From an uncultured Sarcina sp. (GTDB lineage Bacteria; Bacillota; Clostridia; Clostridiales; Clostridiaceae): a stretch of DNA of 64,000 nt. The position numbers and the translations under genes are program-made. The number at the start of each line of letters is the position of its first letter. The first letter of the stretch is position 1. The notes beneath the pieces were generated by a model. The model did not search any database and was not told where the DNA came from. It saw only the letters and a program-made list of their open reading frames with translations. Below are positions 39,401 to 49,715 of this stretch, one piece after another. Location: positions 2,052 to 66,051 of the forward strand of contig CAUWDH010000020.1 of NCBI GenBank assembly GCA_963557775.1, in the 5' to 3' direction.

Positions 39401-39414
39401 TTAAATTTTTTCAT
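36403..39414 (-). CDS. mrdA: Class B penicillin-binding protein 2 paralog B (1003 aa), last gene of the mreBCD operon
   Basis: TM anchor, with motifs STFKP, SCD and KTGTA. The start lies 8 nt after the mreD stop. Confidence 0.85.
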   Translation of the reverse strand: MKKFNFRKKKAVSRYRVLMIIFVIIAVILIAKLVDIQVFNHQSFTEQAEGRATSVITIPAPRGNILSADGDLLATNKSINVITFTDTQESMNDFYNTMNTVFEMLKNSGDINKVSDDFPLKINSEGQMYFDFPINKEKNPTGWNDQEIQFMWNRGVEGSVANKLYPKANGTYTTAQREAINKIILQYTPDDIFYDLVKSYGLINMLNINKTLTTAEQTAFTKAYQKMSGKEETEILLQHYSLQEIREFMVVKDQLKLESYSGYDPIVIAKGISKDTALMFDQRLSSLPGINISKQYERYYPYGTLASHVLGYIGHIPASESQTYEEQGYSSNALVGISGMEAAEQDVLRGTPGEKVVQVDAQGRATKTLYTQEAVPGDNVYLTINKNLQYSAERALQQQMNFIQKYEGTAATKAALVAVDVHTGGILAMVSLPNFNPNDFASGSISQKVYNEYFDPDIAKLGQEFIDKMHLKKTLNQMFPIGPNGQREDLYNVLPEPMFDNATMGLVAPGSTFKPLMSVASLMTGVTTPSFTIATTPYPYTYEAKPTIFGNDPPHDNNYFGPAVDLATALERSCDTYFYNMAAKIYYKFGASTNALDVVAEYAEKFGLGTLPGSKQPATTGIELPENFGNAYNFQDWKANEIFYSQWNLVADLKAGKFPSQGVSFVPVNVEKDSSDPAELAEAKATFKKTVYSQLNKIGVEDIQSNVAQTAFQNDLIGQLNNIYKLSSQYQEAFKAAQAKDPKLTLEANLQATARAIDIWVVSTMYTSIRTPAQLGYAAIGQGANEFTPLQLAQYTATLANGGTRYKLHLLDKITSPTGKLIYQYKPQVMDKINIPTKDLNDIKYGMWEVNNKIKGTAAIVMMQEGFPIPSAGKTGTAALNAKVEKSVGRAAWGNYISFAPVKDPQIAVVTVIYNGIHGFLGAPAARAVYETYFRDEIKTKYPYYRPHTDDGNGILENDPYSYYTYSLDPPTPDITLKGTYYPVYGKGDKVVYETGNTNDSYS

Positions 39415-39422
39415 TTAATCAC

Positions 39423-39929
39423 CTATTTTTTACTGAAATTCCATTGATTTTTCATTAGTTTTTTTCTTGCCATTCCATATACTGAGCTATACATTAATAA
39501 TCCAACTACAAAATTGTATGGAACTATAATTAAAATATTTTCTATATCTACATTTATTTTTATCAATCTGCAAATTAGAAAAACAGCTATAAATTTTACT
39601 ATTGTTAATCCTCCAACTGTCAGTACTGGGATACTTGCCTTGTTCTTAAGTGTTTTATCACCTATATATGCAGCAATAACGTATAAAAGTAAATTTACTA
39701 AAGCATTTATTCCAAAGACATGGGAAAAATATATGTCTTGAAGTATTCCTGAAATACTCCCTAAAATAACTGCATCTTTATATCCGTTAATTGTAGAATA
39801 TAATATGACAAATACAAATAGCAAGCTAGGATAAACTCCTTTTATTCCAAATATAGGCATTATACTAGTATCTATTATGAATAATACTATACATAATATT
39901 ATTTGTATTAATCTCTTCATAAACTTCAA
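39423..39929 (-). CDS. mreD: Rod shape-determining protein MreD
   Basis: 168 aa polytopic membrane protein between mreC and PBP2. Confidence 0.8.
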   Translation of the reverse strand: MKFMKRLIQIILCIVLFIIDTSIMPIFGIKGVYPSLLFVFVILYSTINGYKDAVILGSISGILQDIYFSHVFGINALVNLLLYVIAAYIGDKTLKNKASIPVLTVGGLTIVKFIAVFLICRLIKINVDIENILIIVPYNFVVGLLMYSSVYGMARKKLMKNQWNFSKK

Positions 39930-39934
39930 CCTCT

Positions 39935-40789
39935 TTAATTATAATTTATATCTCCTGGTACTGGATTTTTAGGAACTACAACTACCAAATTCTGAATTGT
40001 GCTAAAATCAGCAAAAGGTTTAATTATAGCACTCTTAGAAACATCTGTACTATTTTGACTAATTGATTCTACTGTTCCTATTCTTATACCTTGAGGATAT
40101 ATACCTCCAAGACCTGAAGTTAAGATAGTATCTCCAACTTTAATTTGTGATGTCATTGGTAAATTTGATATTTGAACCATAGGTTTCATAGTTCCCATAT
40201 CTTGGTATCCTTTAACTATACCTGATGATTCTCTAGTACTTTCTACTTGAGCTGCAACAGCTATATTAGTATTTGATATAGTTTCAACCTTAGCCCATGT
40301 CTTATAAGCTTCAGTTACTATACCAACTAAGCTATTTCCTGATATAACAACCATATTTTTTTGTATTCCGGAGTCTGTTCCTCTATTGATAATGTATCCG
40401 CTGAAGAAACTTCCTCCTGTTTTACCAATTATATTAACACCTACATAATTAAATTGGTTATGCTCATCTTTAAAATTTAAAGCTTCTTTTAAAGTTTCAT
40501 TTTCATTTTTATAATTATTGTATCCAACTAATTCATTTTGAAGTTGAATATTTTCTGCCTTAAGTTTTGCATTTTCTGCTTTTACTTCTGAGAAGTTAGC
40601 TAGAAAATCTAAATCAGTTTTAAATTTATCACCTATTGTATAAACAACCTTCTGTATTGGATTAAAAGTTTCACCCAATGCATCAGAAATAACACCTGAA
40701 CCACTTTTTGCTGTGTATATTATTAATACTAAAAATGCAACTGACAGTACTATAATAGTTACTGCCAGTTTATTTTTGAAAAATTTCAT
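39935..40789 (-). CDS. mreC: Rod shape-determining protein MreC
   Basis: TM anchor, coiled coil (ENAKLKAENIQLQNEL) and C-terminal beta domains. Confidence 0.9.
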   Translation of the reverse strand: MKFFKNKLAVTIIVLSVAFLVLIIYTAKSGSGVISDALGETFNPIQKVVYTIGDKFKTDLDFLANFSEVKAENAKLKAENIQLQNELVGYNNYKNENETLKEALNFKDEHNQFNYVGVNIIGKTGGSFFSGYIINRGTDSGIQKNMVVISGNSLVGIVTEAYKTWAKVETISNTNIAVAAQVESTRESSGIVKGYQDMGTMKPMVQISNLPMTSQIKVGDTILTSGLGGIYPQGIRIGTVESISQNSTDVSKSAIIKPFADFSTIQNLVVVVPKNPVPGDINYN

Positions 40790-40794
40790 TTAAC

Positions 40795-42521
<1,727 letters not shown>

Positions 42522-42564
42522 ATTTTAAAACACTTCCTATATAAATTGATATTCCCCCATTTTA

Positions 42565-43131
42565 TTAAAGTAACAAACTAAGTTTTTTGTAAACTAAATT
42601 AAGTGGTAATCCCATGACATTATAATAACAGCCATTTATACCTTCCACAAATAGCCCACCTAAACCTTGTATTCCATAAGCTCCAGCCTTATCCATCGGT
42701 TCTTTACTTTCTATGTAATTATTTATTTCTAATTCTGTAAGCTTTGCAAACCTCACTGTAGTTTCTGCGAAATCTATGTCACATTTTCCAGTTTCAGTAT
42801 TTATCATATATATACCACTATATACCTTATGATTATGTCCACTTAAACTCTTTAACATACTTCTTGCATCTTCTTCATCTTTTGGTTTTCCTAATACCTT
42901 GTTGTCTATTACTACTATGGTATCTAAAGCGATTACTATTGATGGTTTTGAAAGATTTTTAGCAACAATCTCTCCCTTACCTTTAGCAAGTTCCATAACA
43001 TAAGTTTCTGGATCTCCTTTATAAATGACAGAACTCTCATCAAAATTAGAATTCATAATTGTAAATTCTTTTACAATTCTTCCTAAAAGTTCCTGTCTTC
43101 GTGGTGATTTTGAAGCCAAAATTATTTCCAT
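42565..43131 (-). CDS. maf: Maf-family nucleoside triphosphate pyrophosphatase
   Basis: IILASKSPRRQELL ... KAGAYGIQG. Confidence 0.9.
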   Translation of the reverse strand: MEIILASKSPRRQELLGRIVKEFTIMNSNFDESSVIYKGDPETYVMELAKGKGEIVAKNLSKPSIVIALDTIVVIDNKVLGKPKDEEDARSMLKSLSGHNHKVYSGIYMINTETGKCDIDFAETTVRFAKLTELEINNYIESKEPMDKAGAYGIQGLGGLFVEGINGCYYNVMGLPLNLVYKKLSLLL

Positions 43132-43439
43132 ATTAACTTATCACTCCTATAACTGTAATTGGGAAAAAAACGATATTTTAGGTATTTTATTCCTAAAACT
43201 TAACCTTCCTTGTCATCCTATATAGTTTATCACTTATTATTTTTATACACAAGAAAAAATATATCACTATTTGAAAAAAATTTAATGATTTTTTTAGAAA
43301 AAAAATTGCTTTATATAATATTATTCAAATAAAGTTTAAGAACTCTGATTGCTCAGAGTTCCCCTTTAAAATCTATTCCATTATAATATATAAGTAATGT
43401 ATATTTATTAAAATTTAATTACAACTTAAAAAAATTTTC

Positions 43440-44180
43440 TTATTTAAATTTATTTAATAAATTAAATATTATTTGATAAGAATTTTCTATATTGCTTTTA
43501 GATATTGCCTCTGGCAAGTTCTTTACTTCATTTTTCAACACTGCTAGATTCTCCGAATTCTTACATTCTTTGCAAACTTCAAGTTTTTCAACCCACGCTT
43601 TAAATTCATCTGTTTTTACAGACTTCACACTATCATCTTTTGTTTTATCTATAATTTCTAATAACCCATTTGTAATTTCTATTATTTTTTTATCACAGAC
43701 TTCATTACTTGGTATATAAAATTTACCTTTACTACTTTCCAATCCTTTATTTTTTATAGCTTCTATATATTTATTGATTTTTTCTTCTTTTCCTATGTAT
43801 CCTATCACTCTGTATTTTTCTCCATCCTTTATAATGGCAGCACTTTCTCCAACTTCACTTTTAACTTTTTCTGCATTTTCTTTTGATGAATAATATCCAA
43901 ACTGAACTGTTAAAAATTCTTCTTTCACTCCTAAGTTATTATTAACTTTTTCCTTAGGACTTTCTACTGCTATAGGTGGTGTCTTATTTTCTTCATTACT
44001 TTGATTTTTATTAATTATCCCCGAAGCCACATCTTTAGGAGCTACTTTAGGATAAACCAATTTAAATATCAATGTTCCTATTACTATAGCTAAAATACAA
44101 ACCATAATTATTAATATAGGCATAGTTTTCCATTCATTTTTCTTTTTATTTGCTTTTAAATCATATCTTGTGTATTTCAC
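43440..44180 (-). CDS. SPOR-domain membrane protein
   Basis: N-terminal TM anchor. FLTVQFGYYSSKENAEKVKSEV...YRVIGYIG matches the SPOR repeat. Confidence 0.6.
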   Translation of the reverse strand: MKYTRYDLKANKKKNEWKTMPILIIMVCILAIVIGTLIFKLVYPKVAPKDVASGIINKNQSNEENKTPPIAVESPKEKVNNNLGVKEEFLTVQFGYYSSKENAEKVKSEVGESAAIIKDGEKYRVIGYIGKEEKINKYIEAIKNKGLESSKGKFYIPSNEVCDKKIIEITNGLLEIIDKTKDDSVKSVKTDEFKAWVEKLEVCKECKNSENLAVLKNEVKNLPEAISKSNIENSYQIIFNLLNKFK

Positions 44181-44265
44181 AATATCACCCCATTTAAAAT
44201 TACTTACATAACATATTATTTTTAAATGGGATTAAATATTCCTAATTTATATATTTTTATAACTT

Positions 44266-44763
44266 TTAGATCATTCTTCTTGCCCCTATATAACGTTCTT
44301 TATAATATTTTTCATTTAAAGAATTTATTTTAACTCCATTACCTTTAGATGGTGCATGAATAAATCTATCTCCGCCTATGTATATACCAACATGACTTAC
44401 ATTCCCCGTAGTATTAAAAAAAACTAAATCTCCTTCCATTAATTCATTTTTACATATCCCTTCTCCACATCCCCATTGTGTTCCTGTATAATGTGGCAAA
44501 TCTATATTAAATCTTTTATAAACATATTTTGTTAACCCAGAACAGTCAAAAGCATCTGGTCCTTCTGCTCCAAATACATAAGGCTTACCTATAAACCCTT
44601 CAGCATATTGTATAACTTCTTCTCTTAACTCATAATTTTCATTTCTTTCTTGTGCTATAGTATAAATGCTATTTTGAAAAATAACTCCTATAGCAATAGC
44701 AAATATAATGATCCAAATATTCTTGCTTTTTAAATAATTAATTTGCAAGTGATCTTCATTCAT
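44266..44763 (-). CDS. NlpC/P60 (C40) cell-wall peptidase
   Basis: GKPYVFGAEGPDAFDCSGL (catalytic Cys) and HVGIYIGGDRFIHA (His). Confidence 0.85.
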   Translation of the reverse strand: MNEDHLQINYLKSKNIWIIIFAIAIGVIFQNSIYTIAQERNENYELREEVIQYAEGFIGKPYVFGAEGPDAFDCSGLTKYVYKRFNIDLPHYTGTQWGCGEGICKNELMEGDLVFFNTTGNVSHVGIYIGGDRFIHAPSKGNGVKINSLNEKYYKERYIGARRMI

Positions 44764-45010
44764 AAATAAATCCTCCTTGATTTACAATTTCATTATTAAT
44801 TACAAGTTGTTCCTTTAAATAAAGAAACATATTTAATATATCTATTTTTTCTTCTTTTAATACTGTAAATTAAATCCATCAAGGTGAACTTACTTCCATT
44901 TAAAAATCTAAAAATTATATTCAAAGAAAGATTTACACTCTATTTAGAATAAAAAAAGCATCTTATGATAGGAATTAATTTCCTATCAAAGACACCTTAT
45001 AAACAATGTA

Positions 45011-46468
45011 TTATTTAATTTCCTTTAAAAGTGCTATTAAAAAGTTCCATACATTTTCAATAGATTTTATACTTACATGCTCATCTGGAGTATGAACATC
45101 CCACATATTTGGACCAAATGATATCATATCAAGTCCACCTTCAACTTTTTCACTTAATAATCCACATTCAACTCCAGCATGAATTGCTGTAAAGTGTGGT
45201 TCTACTCCAGTTAAGTTTTTATATACTTCCTTTGCAAGCTCTCTTATTTCTGATTCTGGATTATACTCCCAAGCTGGATAATCTGATGAAGTTTCAAATC
45301 TTCCGCCAGCTAGTTCTACTATTCTTCTAGCTCTTTCAACTAAATTATCTTTTAATGTTGCAACTGAACTTCTTGTTGCACTGTCATACTCTACAGTTTT
45401 ATCTGTTGTTGTAACAACTCCTATATTTGTTGAACTTTGAACAAGTCCTGGCATATCAACACTCATTGTATCAACACCATTTGGTATTAGGTTTAATATG
45501 TCAATAGCTTTTCTAGTGCAATCAGCTGAGAACATTTCAGTTGGTATTTCCTCTTGCTCATTTAATTCAACTCTTACATTGCTATCTTGAGTTCTTAATT
45601 CATTTTTAATTATTGAATCAAATTCTCCAACTATTTCTTTTAATTTTGAAATATTTTTTTCTTCAATTATAAGAACAGCCTCTGCTTCTCTTGGAATGGC
45701 ATTATTTTTTGAACCACCATTAATTAATGCTATATTGAAAGGAACTTCTTTTATGGCTTTATTTAATACTCTACCTAATATTTTATTTGAATTTCCTCTT
45801 TCTTTATTTATTTCCATACCAGAGTGACCACCTTTTAATCCTCTGATAGTTATTTCAACTGCCTTTAAATCTTCTTTAACAGGTTCCCATTCTAAGTCTA
45901 ATATTGCTTTAGTTCTTACACCACCTGCACAGCTTACTAATATTTCCCCCTCTTCTTCTGAATCTATATTTAAAAGTATTTTTCCTGTTATGTTCTTTCC
46001 ATCAACCCCCATAGCACCACTCATTCCTGCTTCTTCATCAGTAGTAACTAAAAGTTCTAAAGCAGGGTGCTCTATATCATTAGCAGCTAATATAGCTAAT
46101 CCATAAGCTACAGCTATTCCATTATCAGCTCCTAAAGTTGTTCCTGTTGCATATATGTTATCTCCATCAATTCTTAATTTTAATGGATCTTTTTCAAAAT
46201 CATGAACTGTATCTTTATTCTTTTCACATACCATGTCCATATGTCCTTGAATTATAACAGTTTTAGCATTTTCATATCCCTTTGTAGCTGGTTTTCTTAT
46301 AATAACGTTAAGATGTTCATCTTGAATTGTTTCAAGACCTAAATCTTTACCAAACTTAACTAAATAATCACTTATTTCTTTTTCATTCCCTGATCCTCTA
46401 GGTATTTGAGTTATCTCCTCAAAATATTTAAAAACTGCTTGTGGCTTTAAATTTTCTAATACTGCCAT
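45011..46468 (-). CDS. pepD: Aminoacyl-histidine (Xaa-His) dipeptidase PepD, M20C
   Basis: FEEITQIPRGSGNEKEISDY, GHMDMV and TTDEEAGMSGA motifs, 485 aa. Confidence 0.9.
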   Translation of the reverse strand: MAVLENLKPQAVFKYFEEITQIPRGSGNEKEISDYLVKFGKDLGLETIQDEHLNVIIRKPATKGYENAKTVIIQGHMDMVCEKNKDTVHDFEKDPLKLRIDGDNIYATGTTLGADNGIAVAYGLAILAANDIEHPALELLVTTDEEAGMSGAMGVDGKNITGKILLNIDSEEEGEILVSCAGGVRTKAILDLEWEPVKEDLKAVEITIRGLKGGHSGMEINKERGNSNKILGRVLNKAIKEVPFNIALINGGSKNNAIPREAEAVLIIEEKNISKLKEIVGEFDSIIKNELRTQDSNVRVELNEQEEIPTEMFSADCTRKAIDILNLIPNGVDTMSVDMPGLVQSSTNIGVVTTTDKTVEYDSATRSSVATLKDNLVERARRIVELAGGRFETSSDYPAWEYNPESEIRELAKEVYKNLTGVEPHFTAIHAGVECGLLSEKVEGGLDMISFGPNMWDVHTPDEHVSIKSIENVWNFLIALLKEIK

Positions 46469-46508
46469 ATTTTAACACTTCCTTCCATTTTTGTGTTATT
46501 ATAATGTT

Positions 46509-46575
46509 ATAAACTACAACTTAATTCAAATAGAGTTTTAACTCTTTTGAATTTTAGTGGTCATCTAATAATTAC
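46509..46575 (+). repeat. Dispersed intergenic element, copy G (3' hairpin module only, inverted on the chromosome)
   Basis: ATAAACTACAACTTAATTCAAATAGAGTTTTAACTCTTTTGAATTTTAGTGGTCATCTAATAATT is the reverse complement of the 3' half of copy B. It lies 49 nt upstream of the pyk ATG, in the same sense to its downstream gene as copies B-E. Confidence 0.65.
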
Positions 46576-46624
46576 ATTATATCAAATAGACTGAATCTTT
46601 CATATTTTTTTGTGAGGTGTTTTT

Positions 46625-48052
46625 ATGCAAAAAACTAAAATGATTTTTACAATCGGTCCAGTAAGTGACAATGAAAAAGTTTTGAGAAAATTTATTAAAA
46701 TTGGAATGAATGCAGCTCGTTTAAATTTTTCTCATGGATCTCATGAAGAGCATAAGAAAAAAATTGACCTAATAAAAAAAATTAGAAGAGAAGAAAATTC
46801 ACCCACAGCAATTCTTCTAGATATTAAAGGTCCTAAAATAAGGATTCATAATTTTAAAAATGGTCAAGAAGAGCTAAAAGAAGGTGATGAATTCACTTTT
46901 ATTTGTGGTGAAGAAATTTTAGGAGATAATAAAAAATGCTCAATTTCTTATGATATTTTATATCAAGATATCAAAATTGGTTCTTCTATCTTAGTGGATG
47001 ATGGTCTTTTAGAATTTAAAGTAAAAAAAATTATTAATAAATCTATAATTTGTGAAACTATTATTGGTGGAATTATTAAAAATCATAAAGGTGTTAATAT
47101 TCCTAATCTAAAAATAAAACTTCCTGCTATTACTGAAAAGGATATTTTAGATTTAATTTTTGGATGTAAAATGGAAGTAGATTTCATAGCAGCTTCTTTT
47201 ATAAGAAAAGCATCTGATATACTAGAAGTTAGAAATATTCTAGATAATAATGGTGGAAAAGACATAAAAATAATATCAAAAATTGAAAATCAAGAAGGTG
47301 TAGATAACATAGATGAAATTATAGAAGTTTCAGATGGAATAATGGTAGCAAGAGGAGATATGGGAGTAGAAATTCCTATAGAATTTGTACCTGTTATCCA
47401 AAAGTCCATAATTAGAAAATGTAACTTAGCGGGAAAAGTAGTTATAACAGCTACTCAAATGTTAGATTCTATGATTAGAAACTCTAGACCTACTAGAGCT
47501 GAAGCAAGTGATGTATGTAATGCTATTTTTGATGGAACTGATGCCATAATGCTCAGTGGTGAAAGTGCTGCTGGTCACTATCCAGTTGAGGCAGCTAAGA
47601 CAATGAGTAAAATTGCAAAAAAAGCTGAAGAAAACTTAGATTATAGTGAATTATTAAGAAGATTAAAAGATCCAAACCCAAGTACTGATGCTTTTGCTGA
47701 TGCCATAAGTTATTCAGCCTCTAAAACTGCAATAAAATTCCCAACAAAAGCAATAGTTGCAGCTACACAAAGTGGATATACCGCTAAACTTCTTGGAAAG
47801 TACAAGCCTATATGTCCTATAATAGCCATAACTCCACATGAAAAAGTATGTAGGTCCTTGGCTCTAAACTTTGGTGTATTTCCAAAGCTTTGCGAAACTT
47901 ACAAAACCACTGAAAAAATAGTAAAAGAAGCAAAGACAGTAGTAAAAGAACTAGACATTGCAAAAACTGGAGACAATATGATTGTTGTGGCTGGAATGCC
48001 AGTAAGTAATGCTTGTCTTGGAACAAACATGTTCAGAATCGAAAAAATTTAA
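46625..48052 (+). CDS. pyk: Pyruvate kinase
   Basis: KMIFTIGP, NAARLNFSHG, MVARGDMGVEIP and ATQMLDSM motifs, 475 aa. Confidence 0.95.
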   Translation: MQKTKMIFTIGPVSDNEKVLRKFIKIGMNAARLNFSHGSHEEHKKKIDLIKKIRREENSPTAILLDIKGPKIRIHNFKNGQEELKEGDEFTFICGEEILGDNKKCSISYDILYQDIKIGSSILVDDGLLEFKVKKIINKSIICETIIGGIIKNHKGVNIPNLKIKLPAITEKDILDLIFGCKMEVDFIAASFIRKASDILEVRNILDNNGGKDIKIISKIENQEGVDNIDEIIEVSDGIMVARGDMGVEIPIEFVPVIQKSIIRKCNLAGKVVITATQMLDSMIRNSRPTRAEASDVCNAIFDGTDAIMLSGESAAGHYPVEAAKTMSKIAKKAEENLDYSELLRRLKDPNPSTDAFADAISYSASKTAIKFPTKAIVAATQSGYTAKLLGKYKPICPIIAITPHEKVCRSLALNFGVFPKLCETYKTTEKIVKEAKTVVKELDIAKTGDNMIVVAGMPVSNACLGTNMFRIEKI

Positions 48053-48061
48053 ATTTTTAAA

Positions 48062-48373
48062 AAGAGGTGATGTATCAAGTCGCTCTCTAAAATTCAATTA
48101 CTTTTATAAATATATTTCTTTATTTGCCGAGATAGCTATTATAGGTGCAAAATGCTGTGACCATTGAACTAGTAATTAGAAGCTCTTCATTTTTGAACAA
48201 TAGTTGCGAAAAGAAATTTCCACTGTTTGAACGAAGTGAGTTTGGAAATTTTAGCAACTGTTGTAGAAGAAATGTTAGAGCTTCTTTACGTAGGTGAGCG
48301 GTCACAAATGGTGAACCTATATAGCTAGCTAAAAGCAAAAGGGACATATCTACAATTTTGATACATCCCTCTT
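48062..48373. other. ~310-nt nested imperfect hairpin (structured RNA or MITE-like insert) between convergent pyk and the S1 gene
   Basis: Six concentric complementary pairs: 48062-78/48358-73, 48134-46/48315-26, 48154-62/48298-306, 48178-86/48277-85, 48198-207/48254-63 and 48214-22/48243-51, with a 20-nt apical loop. GC is visibly above the intergenic background. Confidence 0.6.
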
Positions 48374-48377
48374 GTTA

Positions 48378-49529
48378 TTAAAACTTAAAATCCTTGAATA
48401 AGTCTCCTAATGAGAAGCCTTCTTCTTCATCGTTATATTCTAAGTATTCAGTTGATTTTTCTGAAGCATCTTTTATGCTTAATGATAATTTATGTTCATC
48501 TGTATCTATTGATAAGATTTTTACTTTTACTTTATCACCTATTTTTAATACTTCTTCTGGTTTTGTTATATTTTCATCTGATATTTCTGATATGTGAACT
48601 AATCCTTCCACACCAGCTTTAATTTCAACAAAAGCACCTACTTTTATAAACTTTGTTACTGTTCCTTCTATTGTATCACCAATTTTGAAATCTTCTTCTA
48701 TTGTGTTCCATGGATCACTACATATATCTTTTAATGATAAAGCTAGTCTATCCTTATTTCTATCTATTTCTTTTATATAAACTTCAACAGTATCTCCTGT
48801 CTTAAGTATATCTTCAACATTTCTTACTCTGCTCCAAGAAAGGTCATTTATGTGAATTAGTCCTTCTAATCCTCCAATATCAACAAAAGCACCAAACTTC
48901 ATTATTTTCTTTACAGTTCCTACTTTCTTTTCGCCAACTTTTATTGAATTCCATATCTTAGCTTTTCCAAGCTTAATTTCTCTTTCTTCAACTACTCTTC
49001 TTGAAATAACAACTTTTCTATTTTCTCTATTAAATTCAATTACTTTTACTTCTAAACTTTCTCCAACTAATGTTTCTAAGTTTTCTACTCTTTTAACTGA
49101 GCATTGTGAGCCAGGCATAAATACTCTAACACCATTTAAAAATCCTACTACTCCACCTTTAACAACTTCATCTACTTTAATAGTTATTGTTTTTTCCTTA
49201 TTAAAGCTCTCTTCTAAATCATCCCACACTTTTATGGCATCAGCTTTTTTCTTTGATAAAAGTACATTACCTTCTCCATCATCTCCACTTAAAACCATCA
49301 CAAAAATATCATCATCAATATTTATACTATTTATATCAAAGTCTTTATTATTTGATAATTCATTTCTTGGAACTATTCCATCTGCAAAATGACCAATATT
49401 AACTATTACTTCATCACTTTTAACAGCTATTACTTTTCCTTTAACTATATCTCCTTTATGAAAATGCTTTAACTCAAAGCTATCCATTAATTGATCCATT
49501 GACATATCTTCACTCATTGTTAGTTCCAC
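48378..49529 (-). CDS. S1 RNA-binding domain protein (four S1 repeats, RpsA-like)
   Basis: Repeated GxxVxGxVxxxxxxGxFVxI S1 signatures (GDIVKGKVIAV..., VVKGGVVGFLNGVRVFMP, GTVKKIMKFGAFVDIGG, GTVTKFIKVGAFVEI). Confidence 0.85.
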   Translation of the reverse strand: MELTMSEDMSMDQLMDSFELKHFHKGDIVKGKVIAVKSDEVIVNIGHFADGIVPRNELSNNKDFDINSINIDDDIFVMVLSGDDGEGNVLLSKKKADAIKVWDDLEESFNKEKTITIKVDEVVKGGVVGFLNGVRVFMPGSQCSVKRVENLETLVGESLEVKVIEFNRENRKVVISRRVVEEREIKLGKAKIWNSIKVGEKKVGTVKKIMKFGAFVDIGGLEGLIHINDLSWSRVRNVEDILKTGDTVEVYIKEIDRNKDRLALSLKDICSDPWNTIEEDFKIGDTIEGTVTKFIKVGAFVEIKAGVEGLVHISEISDENITKPEEVLKIGDKVKVKILSIDTDEHKLSLSIKDASEKSTEYLEYNDEEEGFSLGDLFKDFKF

Positions 49530-49715
49530 TCCTTATATATAAATTTTTAAGACACTTAAGTCATAAAATTCTAAATAAAATATCTCTTAAAGTAATCAAT
49601 AGCTTATGCTATCAATTTTTCTTGATTTTTACTTACGTTAAAAACTCAGCTAAAGTGAATTAGCTACTATTTTATAATACTATATTACATAATAATAATT
49701 CAATATTTTAGAAGA

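Noticed and set aside
48120-48347. 75-aa minus-strand ORF inside the 310-nt hairpin
   Set aside because: It has no SD at a usable distance; the only purine-rich patch is about 20 nt upstream. The ORF exists because the palindromic sequence lacks stops. I treat the region as an RNA or repeat structure instead.
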